Source of the DNA: Nitrosopumilus sp.
GTDB lineage: Archaea; Thermoproteota; Nitrososphaeria; Nitrososphaerales; Nitrosopumilaceae
Assembly: GCA_965218785.1 (NCBI GenBank)
Contig: OZ244650.1
Coordinates: 224,001 to 288,000 of the forward strand
DNA: 64,000 nucleotides
Direction of reading: 5' to 3'
Shown here: positions 27,520 through 38,663 of the stretch, in pieces
Numbering within the stretch: the first letter of the stretch is position 1
How the letters are laid out: each line of letters opens with the position of its first letter
Position numbers and translations under genes: made by a program
The notes under the pieces: generated by a model
The model's input: the letters and a program-made list of their open reading frames with translations, nothing else
Told to the model about the DNA's origin: nothing
Databases searched by the model: none

Positions 27520-30500
27520 ATGAATAACAAATTAGGACGAAAAATAACTAGTCTTACACTAATGACAATCATGGTTGCCGGTGGTCTGACATTTGCAATA
27601 CCTGGCATTACGCCAGATGCATATGCTGCCAACGCCAACCTGTTTGTCTCCGCAGAAAGCACAACGTTCAATGATCACATAGCAGGACCGCAAGTAATTG
27701 AGGTCGTCATTACAGATTCTGACATCAACGACACTGATCAAGCAAAAGGTGAGCCTATTGTTTCTGTCAATGGTGCGAAACTTAGAATGGTTCAAGGCAC
27801 TGACGGTAGCTGGTATGCTTACTTTGCAGATCAGATGCAAGCCAGAATCGCAGACAGTACTTCACTATTCGTTGTATCATCTAGTCCTGTTGGATTAGAC
27901 TTTGGTACTATATGTAGTGCTGAATCAGGACCTGTCATGCTTGGTATCGACACTAGTGAAACTCGTGGCATTGCAGTTCCAGTTCAAAGATCTGGTACTG
28001 GTGGCAATCCAGTTGCTACAACAGAAGGTAACCTTGCAACGTGTACTGGTATTGCTGGTACCGATATCGACGGAATAAACGTCGTTAGAGAATCTACAGC
28101 GCCAAACAGTCAAACTGGTATTCCAGTTGGTCAAATAGGCCTTGGTTCTGATGGTGCTTCTGGTGTACCTGGTCAATACTGGCCCTTCGTACAACTCTAT
28201 GACTTCTCTAGTGGCGGTGAGGTAGTAATACTTTACAATAAAGCCGGTGGTACTCAAAGTACCACACTAACCTTTGATGATGTTGATGAATTTGCCAGCG
28301 TAACTTTGGACAGATCTCAATATCCACAAAACGCTGAAGTACATGCCACAATTACCGATACATGGTTAAACATGGATCCCACTGACGAAGATTCTTGGAC
28401 ATTTGGTGCAAACGCTGGTGACTCTACCAGTGTTGGAATTTACTACCAAGTCTTTGATGAAAACGGTGCACAACCTGGGAGTGATAAGCCAATAAATAAC
28501 GGCAACTACGGTGTAATTAACATTGCATCCGTAACTGGCGATCTAATGTGTGATGATAACTGTAAACTCTTCATTGATGTAAATCCAAACAGTGCAGAGT
28601 TCCCAGTTCTTACACTTCAGGACAACAATGATAGTGCTATTTCATTAACTGGTGGCAATCCAGGTTTGATTGCTGCCAATAATGCAACAGCATTTTCAGT
28701 TGATGGTATAGGTGGTCAACAAAACCTAGGTCCAGGTTCATATCCTGTCACAATAACTGAGACAGAAGAATCTACAGGAGTATTTACCACATCTGACGAA
28801 TCCGATGTATCAGTATTGAAAATTACTAGCAATGCAGTTAGAGATACATCTGCTATCATTGATTACAACGAATCTCCGGTCAGCATACTTGTTGGATTTT
28901 CCACTGGAAGTGTTGTCATTACACCGGCCGATGATGTATGGAACTCTGGTGAAGAGATTTCAGTAAACATTATCGACGATGATGCCAACAAGAACAGCAA
29001 AATAGACGAAGCACTGTCTTTGGCTGATGAAAACATACAGGTAATCCCAGCATTATCAACAGGTAATCCATTTACCCTAGGTGACGCTGGTCCACTCTTT
29101 CAAGCAGTGTACAGTACCGAACTCCTATTACTTGGTCCAACAAATGTAACAAGTATAGTAGGACAGACAGGTGGTATTCTCGTTAATAGTACAGCAGCTG
29201 GTGTAACAGGTGGCGACTCTTTTAGAGCCGACAATATTCCTGTTGACCAGTATAGTGACCGTGGTATTATTCATATTACTAATACTACTGGTACCACTTT
29301 GGATGCTACTGAACTGTTAATTGACTTGGATGCTACCATGGGTGACTTACGAGGCACTTTCCTAGATACTAGAGAATCTGCTGCTAATACACTTTATGGT
29401 GCAAACCTCTTCAACTTTGATCTCAGAAGTGTTACTGATGCTAATACCGTTGACGTTTATCTCGTTAACAGTACAGCTCAAATCATTAATGGGACTGGAT
29501 TCATACCTGATAGTAATGTAATCACTACTGTTGTATTGATAGCAAATGATGCCAGCGTACAATCTCTGACCTCTTTGGAGGTTGATGGATTGCATGATGC
29601 ATTAGGCGAGGCTTCAATACCCGATGCAAATCAGATTGGTTTGTTGTTTAACTACAACACAACTGCTACTGAGGTTGCATTCGCTGATAGGAATCCAATT
29701 GTAGCTGACTTTATTTCATTTGGTTTCACCGATGATGGTCAACAAGCATCTGAAAGGGTGTCAAACCAAATCATCAGAATTGAAGGTGAAGAATCACTTG
29801 ATAACTCGGCTATATTTGAAGGTACACTAGAGTTTACCATGGTCAATCAACTAAACATCAACGATCCAGATACCTATACCGGTCTTTCAACAAGTGGATT
29901 TGATCCTACATTCATTGTAATTGAGGATCTCACTGATGAAGACGCACCTAGAGTGAATTACTTAGACACAGATTCCGATGGTGTAGTAAGTGTAGTATCT
30001 GATCAACAAGAAGCTCCAAGCTTTACCGGTGTTGTCTCACTAGATCAAGAGTCATACAAGATAGCTGATACTGTATTAGTTACTCTACTAGACCCAGATC
30101 TTAACGTCGACTCTGATATTATCGATATCTATACTGTTGTTAGACCCGTAGAAGGGGCTGATGGAAGCAATTCTAACATTGCAGCATTTGATGATGACGA
30201 TATTGATCAAGTCGGTTCTAACGTTGACAGCACTCTAGAGGCCTTTTCATTTGGTTCTCTAGGTAGATTGGCAGATATCACATTTGACGATGAAAGATGG
30301 CAGAACAACTGTGCCATTGATGGTGTTGATGACGGTCTTGCCGCTTCCGGATTTTCATTACGTGAAACTGGTCCGGCAACAGGCGAATTCACTGGTACCT
30401 TCCAAATTCCATCACAATGGTGTAGAGATGGTTCAACTGAAATTGAATCAGTTACCGGACTCGACATCGAAGTCAACTATGTTGACTATAGAGATGCATC

Positions 30501-32742
30501 CGGTGAAATCACTGAAACAGGTGACTCTGCAGGAGTTCGGGCAAGCACAGGTTCAGTTAGCCTTGATAGATCCGTCTATCCAGTACCATTCGGTGTTGCA
30601 GATGACTTCGTAGATAACGACTCTGAAGCTCTAGATAACAGATCATTATTCCCAATCCACTTTAGTAGCGTATTTGGTGGTGCAAATGGTTTTGATGATG
30701 CTGAACACCTTAGCAACGGTGATCTAACTGTTCACATTAGAGTAAACGACCCAGACTTTGACGTCAGCCCATCTGGTGAAGATGTACTTGGACAAAATAC
30801 TGCAGCTGACGACGTAGGCCCTGTCAAGATCTCTGTTATCAGAGGTTCTGATGTGGTCGTACTCGGTTATGCCGGTGGTAGCGATAGCAACAACAACAGA
30901 ATTGATGTTGATGATGATGACGCTACCGATGCCAGACAATTTGGTCCAATGACCGAAATTGCCCGGGATGAAGGTATTTTTGAATTGGATCTTCCAATCA
31001 AATTTACTGACGGTCCAGCAGATACCACATGTCCATCAGCAGATGCTATGTATACAATACCTGGTGGAGATCAAAGAAGTGCAGATGAAACAGTCAGATT
31101 TGATGCTGCCAGCGAAGGCGGTGAGAATTACTGTATCTTACAAGGAGACATTCTCCAAGTAGAATACACGGATCCTGCCGATGCTTCTGGTAACGTAAAT
31201 ACTGTTACTGATTCTGCAACCTTTGACCTGAGAAACGGCGTACTGCAAACTGACAAAACCGTATACATTATCGGTTCCGATATGATTCTAACCCTCATTG
31301 AGCCAGACTTTGATCTTGACAATGACGGTGCAGAGACATATGACTTGGACTTGATTGAATGGGATTCTGATGCCGCAACTACTACCCTTGGTAACTCTGG
31401 TGGTTATGCTGCAGATTTCGACCCAGAACCAACAGCGTTTAGAGAGACAGGTGATAGCACTGGTATCTTCCAGGCTACCATCGAAATCCCTAAAGAACTA
31501 GGTGAGAGCCTTGAAAGAGGTGAAGAAATCATCTTAGAATACACTGATTGGGGTCCATCCGGATCTGATTATGTAGGTGATGAAGATGAAGACATAAACG
31601 TTACAGTTTATACTTCAAACTTCGGTGCAACTGTTGAACTTGACCAAAAAGTCTACACATGGACTGACAAAGTCTACATTACCATAGTCGCTCCAGATCA
31701 CAACTTTGACAGTGATCTAGTTGACGAAATCGGTAACGGGGATGATGATGACCCAATAAAGGTCTCAACCCGTGACAACGATCTTGACAACTATACACTC
31801 GTTGAAACTGGAACCGACACCGGCATCTTCACAGGTGAGGTAATCCTTACAGGATTTACTAACCATGATGCAGATGGCGATGGTGATGATGGCGATGCGT
31901 CAGGACTCTCTTCCGGTGATGATGGCGGTCCAACTGATGGACTGCTACGAGCTGAAGATGATGACGGACTCACAGTCTCCTTTGAATTCTCAGAGAATGA
32001 AACTGTAGTCGGCTCATCACTCATCAGATGGAATATCGGCGAGGTACAGTGGCTTGAGGCAAGCTATCCAGCTAGCGGAACAGGTGTTGTAAGAATAATT
32101 GACCCAGATCTAAACTTGAATCCAGAAGCAGTCGACAACTTTAGCGTCGATGTGTGGTCTGACTCCGATGCGGGAGGTATTGACCTTACTGTAACTGAGA
32201 CTAATGAGGCAACCGGAATCTTCGAAGGTACTGTAAACTTTACAGTTACCGACGAATCAACCGGTCACAGACTCAGAGTCGCAGAAGGTGACACAGTCAC
32301 CGCAGAATACGAGGACAATACACTACCTGATCCATACTCAACTGCAGATGACCTTAATATTACTGCCACTTCACTAATCGGTACTGTCGTACCACCTCTC
32401 GAGCGAGTCATAATGAATAACTTGAGAACGCTTAACGCATTTGGCAACAGCGTAGATTCTATTGCTGTTGATCAACAGGTGCAGATAAGTATCGATTTGT
32501 CAAACGGTCAGGATAGAGAGCAACCATTTGCATACTTGGTACAGGTTCAGGACGCTAACGGTGTTACAGTCTCACTATCATGGACTGCAGGTACATTAGG
32601 CGAAGGTCAATCATTTAGCCAGTCGGTATCATGGACTCCTCTTCAAAGTGGTAGCTACACAGCAACCGCATTTGCATGGGAAGCACTTGATAGTCCAACT
32701 GCGCTAGCACCTCCAGTAAGTACAACAATAGACGTAAGCTAA
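27520..32742 (+). CDS. major S-layer protein (Nitrosopumilus-type, acidic multi-Ig-domain)
   Basis: MNNKLGRKITSLTLMTIMVAGG signal, ANANLFVSAE, repeated ETG..TG.F motifs, VELDQKVYTWTDKV, C-terminal QPFAYLVQVQD; 1740 aa, very Asp/Glu-rich. Confidence 0.9.
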   Translation: MNNKLGRKITSLTLMTIMVAGGLTFAIPGITPDAYAANANLFVSAESTTFNDHIAGPQVIEVVITDSDINDTDQAKGEPIVSVNGAKLRMVQGTDGSWYAYFADQMQARIADSTSLFVVSSSPVGLDFGTICSAESGPVMLGIDTSETRGIAVPVQRSGTGGNPVATTEGNLATCTGIAGTDIDGINVVRESTAPNSQTGIPVGQIGLGSDGASGVPGQYWPFVQLYDFSSGGEVVILYNKAGGTQSTTLTFDDVDEFASVTLDRSQYPQNAEVHATITDTWLNMDPTDEDSWTFGANAGDSTSVGIYYQVFDENGAQPGSDKPINNGNYGVINIASVTGDLMCDDNCKLFIDVNPNSAEFPVLTLQDNNDSAISLTGGNPGLIAANNATAFSVDGIGGQQNLGPGSYPVTITETEESTGVFTTSDESDVSVLKITSNAVRDTSAIIDYNESPVSILVGFSTGSVVITPADDVWNSGEEISVNIIDDDANKNSKIDEALSLADENIQVIPALSTGNPFTLGDAGPLFQAVYSTELLLLGPTNVTSIVGQTGGILVNSTAAGVTGGDSFRADNIPVDQYSDRGIIHITNTTGTTLDATELLIDLDATMGDLRGTFLDTRESAANTLYGANLFNFDLRSVTDANTVDVYLVNSTAQIINGTGFIPDSNVITTVVLIANDASVQSLTSLEVDGLHDALGEASIPDANQIGLLFNYNTTATEVAFADRNPIVADFISFGFTDDGQQASERVSNQIIRIEGEESLDNSAIFEGTLEFTMVNQLNINDPDTYTGLSTSGFDPTFIVIEDLTDEDAPRVNYLDTDSDGVVSVVSDQQEAPSFTGVVSLDQESYKIADTVLVTLLDPDLNVDSDIIDIYTVVRPVEGADGSNSNIAAFDDDDIDQVGSNVDSTLEAFSFGSLGRLADITFDDERWQNNCAIDGVDDGLAASGFSLRETGPATGEFTGTFQIPSQWCRDGSTEIESVTGLDIEVNYVDYRDASGEITETGDSAGVRASTGSVSLDRSVYPVPFGVADDFVDNDSEALDNRSLFPIHFSSVFGGANGFDDAEHLSNGDLTVHIRVNDPDFDVSPSGEDVLGQNTAADDVGPVKISVIRGSDVVVLGYAGGSDSNNNRIDVDDDDATDARQFGPMTEIARDEGIFELDLPIKFTDGPADTTCPSADAMYTIPGGDQRSADETVRFDAASEGGENYCILQGDILQVEYTDPADASGNVNTVTDSATFDLRNGVLQTDKTVYIIGSDMILTLIEPDFDLDNDGAETYDLDLIEWDSDAATTTLGNSGGYAADFDPEPTAFRETGDSTGIFQATIEIPKELGESLERGEEIILEYTDWGPSGSDYVGDEDEDINVTVYTSNFGATVELDQKVYTWTDKVYITIVAPDHNFDSDLVDEIGNGDDDDPIKVSTRDNDLDNYTLVETGTDTGIFTGEVILTGFTNHDADGDGDDGDASGLSSGDDGGPTDGLLRAEDDDGLTVSFEFSENETVVGSSLIRWNIGEVQWLEASYPASGTGVVRIIDPDLNLNPEAVDNFSVDVWSDSDAGGIDLTVTETNEATGIFEGTVNFTVTDESTGHRLRVAEGDTVTAEYEDNTLPDPYSTADDLNITATSLIGTVVPPLERVIMNNLRTLNAFGNSVDSIAVDQQVQISIDLSNGQDREQPFAYLVQVQDANGVTVSLSWTAGTLGEGQSFSQSVSWTPLQSGSYTATAFAWEALDSPTALAPPVSTTIDVS

Positions 32743-32754
32743 AACTAGTTCAAA

Positions 32755-32775
32755 TTTCCCTTTTTTCTTTTTTTG
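32755..32775 (+). terminator. T-tract terminator after the S-layer gene
   Basis: TTTCCCTTTTTTCTTTTTTT immediately downstream of the stop. Confidence 0.55.
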
Positions 32776-32846
32776 AATCATACTTAACGGTAGTTATGCA
32801 CGTTTTTTCCAGAAAATAATATCTAGTAGAAGATTAACGATTAATT

Positions 32847-33827
32847 ATGAAATCCATAATTTTATTCTCGATTTTGCCGTTGTTGTTGCTGTTATCCCTC
32901 CTCTCCCCAGCCCAGGACTCCTTTGCAGAACTCGAACTCTCCACAAACAGCAAGGTCTACTCCCCGGATCATACCTTGCAGGTATATGGAACCGGCCTGC
33001 CAGGCGAGCATCTGATACTGAGGCTGTTTGCACCAGATGAATCAATCACAAAGTTTGAGCAGATACAGACCGAACCTGATGGAACCTTCAACCACCAGCT
33101 GCTAACCTGGCCCGAACCCTCCTCACAGACGCCTTTTGGAACCTATGTTGTCGAGGCCCTAAGTACTGAACAAAACGGACTATCAAAAAAAATAAATGTC
33201 CAATTCTCACTAACAACGGAGCTGGTATCTGTTTCAGTGGGGAGACACATTGACACCGTTGTCTTTGCGCCAGAATCAGGTGCGATAAACCAGTCGTTTC
33301 GTGTATTTGTTCAGACCACCCGTGACGGACTAAGCATTGGAAACAGCCCGGCAAAATTACTTGGAAATTCCCAGGTGTACCTGCCTGACGGGACATCCGT
33401 ACCGCTGAAAAACTCATTTAAGACGTTATATTCGGGTGTTTACTATCTTGACTTTACTCCAAAACAACAGGGAACCCACGTCTTTCAGATATCAGTATTC
33501 AGCGAGGGAATAACATCAAAGGGATTTGCTGCAACACACGTGCTAAGCCAGAATCTTGGCGGAATCAACGAACAGATAACCAAACTGAATTTAGTTTTAG
33601 ATGAGACTTCAAATGAGCTAAACATCCTAAAGTCTGAGATCGAGGGATTTGACGTCACGCTTGAACGCGCAAGCGTTCAAATCGAGGAGAACGTTGGTGC
33701 CCTCACACATTCGGTGAGGTTCATCAGTGAGGCATCCTCCCAGCTCAACGCGTTGTTACTGCCAATTATTGCATCAATCGGGCTTATTGTGGCATTGCAG
33801 ATTACAATCCTTGCACGAAGAAGATAG
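32847..33827 (+). CDS. secreted/membrane-anchored protein with C-terminal coiled coil
   Basis: Signal peptide, Ig-like region, heptad-rich segment, C-terminal TM ending in ARRR. Confidence 0.75.
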   Translation: MKSIILFSILPLLLLLSLLSPAQDSFAELELSTNSKVYSPDHTLQVYGTGLPGEHLILRLFAPDESITKFEQIQTEPDGTFNHQLLTWPEPSSQTPFGTYVVEALSTEQNGLSKKINVQFSLTTELVSVSVGRHIDTVVFAPESGAINQSFRVFVQTTRDGLSIGNSPAKLLGNSQVYLPDGTSVPLKNSFKTLYSGVYYLDFTPKQQGTHVFQISVFSEGITSKGFAATHVLSQNLGGINEQITKLNLVLDETSNELNILKSEIEGFDVTLERASVQIEENVGALTHSVRFISEASSQLNALLLPIIASIGLIVALQITILARRR

Positions 33828-33858
33828 TTATAATAATGCTGTAAAAGAAAATTTAGTG

Positions 33859-36800
33859 ATGCCAAAAAAAGTGGCGATTCTCTTTTTCATGTTTCTTTTA
33901 GCTGTCACACTGACAAATTCCTATGCACAGCAGCAGCAGCAACTACAGCTTCCAGAAGACATCACTTTGGAGACGGCAGGCAGCAGCATCCCAAAACAGA
34001 TCGAGTTTGCCTCTGATATAATCAAAGTTGACCCGGACTTTTTCTCTGAGAACAGCTTTAAGCGATATCTGGTCTTTGGTACGGCCACTCAAAACGCCGG
34101 CCTGCCAGATGACAGATCCCTGTATGGTGTCAACTCTGATGGCGGATTTTTTTATGTGGCCGTACTTTCAGAGGGCGGTGCATCAGCTCTGGTCTCTGAG
34201 GGTTACAACGTAATTGAGGATTTCCGGCTGGATTTTCATTCTGCTGCAGGTGATCCCAGTGATGCGTCTCGAATTGCCCAGATAACACGCTCAGATACCG
34301 CACGGGAAAATTACGGCGTGACAGGAAACGGCACGAGGATTGCAATTGTAGATACGGGCGTTGATTTTTCCAATCCCGATATTCAGCACTCCCTTGCCCG
34401 GGATGAAAAAAACCACCCGGTGATGCTTGATCCCGACGGTCAGGGAATCATCCTGACAAACGCGACCTTTTTTGCATTTATTGATGAAAATGAAATCATC
34501 AAAAACTACAGCAAGCCCACCCCGCCTGATATGACCTCACTGGTGTATGTGACAGAGCAGGGGGTTTTTCTTGACGTATCCCAGGGCGGAAAAGGCAGCA
34601 AAATTCCAATTTACAATTCCTTTTTTCCACTGCTGGGCTCTTCTGTAATATTTGATGGGATTCTAGATCACGACATGAAGATCGGCGATAACAACAGGGA
34701 TTACATCAAATCAAAGAGCGGTGTATACCACCTTGGCGTAATTTATCAGGGTGCCACACAGGGGGCACTGGCACAGATACAGGCAGTACCGGTGCTAGTT
34801 GTTGATTCGTTTACTTCGGGGGTTTATGATACCATAATTCCGGATCTTAGCACATCGTGGGAGGATTACACCAGGTTTGATCTAAAGCCGGGTCAGGAAC
34901 CGGAATATGATTTTGACTTTACCGATGAAAAGCCGATTGTGCTGGGAAGCGGAAAGGAGTTTCTTGTGTATGACTCTAATAATGACGGAAAAAACGATTA
35001 CAGTGCCGGAACCTTTGGCGCGCAGGTCCTGGACGTTTACGGGGCAATACGGCAGAACAGGACTGCACACATTGACGGCTCGATACAGGCAGTAAACGGC
35101 ACCCTGCTTCCTGCACTGGATCCGGACGGTGAATTCTTCGGCCTGATGACGGATTTTGCAGGACACGGCACTGCTAGTGCCGCATCCATTGTCTCACGCG
35201 GACATGAAATTTATGACATCTATAACAACACCGGAAGACACACCATTACCGGCGTGGCACCTGATGCAAAGATAGTTCCCGTAAAGGCGTTATGGTTTGG
35301 TGATACCGTTTACGGGTGGCTGTGGTCTGCCGGATTTGACAACGAGGAGCACGACTGGGAGTTTAGCGGAGAGACCAGGGTTGATGTAATCTCCAACAGC
35401 TGGGGCGTGTCCACCTTTCCCACGTTTAATGCGTCTCCTGGCATGGATATTCTCTCGTTGATTCTCAGCGTGCTTGTAACACCGCACTCCCTTGATGATG
35501 ACTATCCCGGAATAACCATGGTCTCTAGTGCGGGAAATTCCGGGCATGGTTATGGGACGATGGGACTGCCAAACGCATCCCCCTATGGAATCTCAGTTGG
35601 TGCCACCACCAATAACGTGTTTGTAGGGTATGGTCCGTTCAAAGAACAGCCAAGATTTGGAAATACCACGTCACATTACAACCACGTAGTTGATTTTTCC
35701 AGCAGGGGTCCTAGTTCCATCGGGGATCCAAAACCCGATTTGATGGGTATTGGGGCGCATGGATTCACACCATCAAACGTCCTCAAAGTGAAGAAGGATT
35801 CAAAAGACGAGTCTTTTTCCCTGTTTGGGGGGACTAGCATGGCAGCGCCGATAGTAGCCGGCAGCATCGCAGTATTGATGGAGGGAATGAAGAAACAATC
35901 ACAGGATACAGACCCGTTTACAATCAAAAATATTCTAATGTCTACTGCGACTGATCTGAAAAATGATCCGTTCACACAGGGTGCCGGTCTAGTTGATGTC
36001 TCCTCGGCACTAGACTACGTGGCGGGAAAAAACGGCTCTTTTATCGTGCATAATGACGCATCATACCGGAACATCAAGAAGGTTTTAGAGCCTGCAATAG
36101 AGTCGGTAAATTCAACTGCGATCGGACTTGGACAGTTTGGGCTGCCTTCAAAGCCGCTTCCCATGACTAGCTGGTTTGCAGGACAGCTGCTGCCCGGAGA
36201 GCGCAGTGCTGCGACATTTACCATTGTTAATCCGTCTGAAAAAGAGATCACAGTGGATATAATCCCAAAAAAGGTGTCTTTGATTACAAAGACTGAGTTT
36301 AACGGCAAGACAACCGTACGCCAGCAGGACCCGCTGATTGAAAAGCCCCATGCGTATTCCCCCAACTATATCAAGCTCTCAGATGTGCGGCAGCCTGCCA
36401 CTTTAAATGAATTCTTTGATGAGGAGCAGCCAATTCCAGATGATGCGTCGCTGATGGTGCTGAATGTGAATTTTGCATTTGACGTATTTATGAACGAGAC
36501 TTCGGATGTTTATGCCGATGATATTAAAATCTCCTCCCTGTATCTTTATGACTGGATTGACGGCAACAACGATACAAAGATTGCCAGTGACGAGCTCTCC
36601 ATGATAAACAGGGCCGGATCCTGGGGGACTGTTCAGGAACTCAGGGTCACTGATCCGCACGAAAAATTCGAGGGAACACCGCTAGTTGGGGTGTATCCGG
36701 TTCCAACAAGACATTCGTACTGGCTCGGTGATACGAAAATGAACTCTACTTCCATGGATTATACATTGTCTGCAAGTTATTATCACAAGGAAAGATGGCC

Positions 36801-37767
36801 TGTCATCTGGACTGAATCTGGCAGGGTTACCGTGCCGCCAAACGGGGTGAGTGCTGTTGATGTGACGTTGGTTGCGCCCACAGGACTGCAAACGGGAGTA
36901 TACCAGGGATTTCTGAGTTTTGAGGGGGAGCAGCATACCGTAAATGCCCCGGTCTCTTTTGTGATAAAGCAGCTAGTGGATCAGAATGATTCGACTGTAA
37001 TTGTTAAGGGAGTACAAAGTGATGATGTTATGTATGGGAATGGATACATCAAGGGCGCATTTGATATGGTCAATCGGTATATGGCAGGGGATTGGAGGCA
37101 GTATTATTTTGACATACGGGACGAATCAGTCAGTTCTGCAACCATTGAACTTTCATGGCTGACTGATGATACCAACCTGGCAGTCTTTGTAATGGATCCG
37201 TCCGGACAGATTATCCAGACAAACGTCCCATCCGGGGTGTTTGGTCATTTTCTGGGATGGGCCTCACTTGACTGGCTGGGCAATTCAGTCTTTGGGCAGG
37301 GAGGAGGATTCTTTCCCGTAAAGAACAAGGATGATACCTCAACTGCTATTTATGTTCCAATCAATCAGACTGGAACATATACTCTTTTGACGCATTCAAC
37401 ATTGTTTGGGGGAAACTCCACGACAGAGCCAGTCACACTTGCCGCCAAATTTAGCAATATCTTATCTGATGGTGATGTTGTTGTTCCGGATTCAAATGAT
37501 CATGCCTTAAAAGACGGCAGTGATGCCGTCTCTGAGACAGAGACGATTCCAGGGGATTCCGTTGAGGATGTCAATTCTGATCTGTCATTTGATGCCGGAA
37601 TTGTTCTTGGAGTAGTTATTGGGATGGCGGTGGTGATCGGGGTTGTTTTCATATTCATTCTTAGACAGAAACAGACATCTAAAGAATCTACTATCCAAAA
37701 AGTAGTTCACTCCAGAGGGAGTCTTGCTTATAATAAAGAGAATCAAGCAAGATTACTTGGAAATTGA
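33859..37767 (+). CDS. S8 (subtilisin-like) serine peptidase, membrane-anchored
   Basis: IAIVDTGVD, GHGT, SAGNSG, FSSRGP, GGTSMAAP catalytic motifs; signal peptide at MPKK and C-terminal TM. Confidence 0.92.
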   Translation: MPKKVAILFFMFLLAVTLTNSYAQQQQQLQLPEDITLETAGSSIPKQIEFASDIIKVDPDFFSENSFKRYLVFGTATQNAGLPDDRSLYGVNSDGGFFYVAVLSEGGASALVSEGYNVIEDFRLDFHSAAGDPSDASRIAQITRSDTARENYGVTGNGTRIAIVDTGVDFSNPDIQHSLARDEKNHPVMLDPDGQGIILTNATFFAFIDENEIIKNYSKPTPPDMTSLVYVTEQGVFLDVSQGGKGSKIPIYNSFFPLLGSSVIFDGILDHDMKIGDNNRDYIKSKSGVYHLGVIYQGATQGALAQIQAVPVLVVDSFTSGVYDTIIPDLSTSWEDYTRFDLKPGQEPEYDFDFTDEKPIVLGSGKEFLVYDSNNDGKNDYSAGTFGAQVLDVYGAIRQNRTAHIDGSIQAVNGTLLPALDPDGEFFGLMTDFAGHGTASAASIVSRGHEIYDIYNNTGRHTITGVAPDAKIVPVKALWFGDTVYGWLWSAGFDNEEHDWEFSGETRVDVISNSWGVSTFPTFNASPGMDILSLILSVLVTPHSLDDDYPGITMVSSAGNSGHGYGTMGLPNASPYGISVGATTNNVFVGYGPFKEQPRFGNTTSHYNHVVDFSSRGPSSIGDPKPDLMGIGAHGFTPSNVLKVKKDSKDESFSLFGGTSMAAPIVAGSIAVLMEGMKKQSQDTDPFTIKNILMSTATDLKNDPFTQGAGLVDVSSALDYVAGKNGSFIVHNDASYRNIKKVLEPAIESVNSTAIGLGQFGLPSKPLPMTSWFAGQLLPGERSAATFTIVNPSEKEITVDIIPKKVSLITKTEFNGKTTVRQQDPLIEKPHAYSPNYIKLSDVRQPATLNEFFDEEQPIPDDASLMVLNVNFAFDVFMNETSDVYADDIKISSLYLYDWIDGNNDTKIASDELSMINRAGSWGTVQELRVTDPHEKFEGTPLVGVYPVPTRHSYWLGDTKMNSTSMDYTLSASYYHKERWPVIWTESGRVTVPPNGVSAVDVTLVAPTGLQTGVYQGFLSFEGEQHTVNAPVSFVIKQLVDQNDSTVIVKGVQSDDVMYGNGYIKGAFDMVNRYMAGDWRQYYFDIRDESVSSATIELSWLTDDTNLAVFVMDPSGQIIQTNVPSGVFGHFLGWASLDWLGNSVFGQGGGFFPVKNKDDTSTAIYVPINQTGTYTLLTHSTLFGGNSTTEPVTLAAKFSNILSDGDVVVPDSNDHALKDGSDAVSETETIPGDSVEDVNSDLSFDAGIVLGVVIGMAVVIGVVFIFILRQKQTSKESTIQKVVHSRGSLAYNKENQARLLGN

Positions 37768-38394
37768 GGTAGGAATCAAAAGTTTCTCAAATTCCCAAAT
37801 TGGACAATTAGTATCACATTCCTGACCGCATACAGCCATCATTTTTACTTCATCTTTGAGATTGTTTACTGGAATGGACATGATGTTATCAGTTATTTCA
37901 TATTTTGTCATTCCTTTGGATGAGAGATTCTTTTGTTCCAAATATCGTTTTAGACATTTCTTTGGTAAAGAATCAACAGAATGACGAGAAGGTTCGTTGC
38001 TTATAGTTTGAGGATATTTCATGATTGTAACTTTATCTTTAATAAAAATCCAACCAGCTATTGGAGTAGGCAATTTTCGTGGTTTAAAATCAGTGGCAAT
38101 ATATGCAAAATCTACATAATCTTTGATATTTGAAATTTGTTTTTTTGCTCTTTTCAAATTATCATGAGACGATTTCACTTCAACGATTCCCACTTTATTT
38201 TCTTTAATTAATAACAAATCAATATCAGAAATAATATTGCCCCATGAAATATTCAGTCGTGCATGAGGAACAGCTTGAAAGCCTTGATTTTGAAAAAAAA
38301 GTGCTAATTTTTCTATAATTGGGGCTTCATACTTGCCGATTTTTTTACTTGATTTTAAGATATTTCGTTTTATCACGCTGTGAATTTCTCCCAA
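37753..38394 (-). CDS. PD-(D/E)XK nuclease-fold protein with C-terminal Cys cluster
   Basis: SDIDLLL...IVEVKS..D...A..Q; C-terminal CGQECDTNCPIW. Confidence 0.65.
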   Translation of the reverse strand: MGEIHSVIKRNILKSSKKIGKYEAPIIEKLALFFQNQGFQAVPHARLNISWGNIISDIDLLLIKENKVGIVEVKSSHDNLKRAKKQISNIKDYVDFAYIATDFKPRKLPTPIAGWIFIKDKVTIMKYPQTISNEPSRHSVDSLPKKCLKRYLEQKNLSSKGMTKYEITDNIMSIPVNNLKDEVKMMAVCGQECDTNCPIWEFEKLLIPTSISK

Positions 38395-38663
38395 TTTTCA
38401 ATTATTTCTTGAGTTAAAGACTTGGATGATTTTCTATCTGACTTTCCTGTAAGTAAAATTGCACAATCAAAGCGTACAGAAATATTTCTTTTATCTTCAG
38501 TAAGGGGAATAAAGTACTCATTTTCTTATCTTTTACTTCAAAATATGTTTCAGGTGTTGGGATTACGGCGTATTTTACGTCTCATTTCCAATACCCGTAA
38601 AACTTTACACTAAAACAATAATATTTTACTAATTAAATGATAACTATACGAGTGAGCTAAATT

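Noticed and set aside
33727-33858. N-terminal extension of the S8 peptidase ORF
   Set aside because: It overlaps the upstream gene; the signal peptide begins at MPKK (33859).
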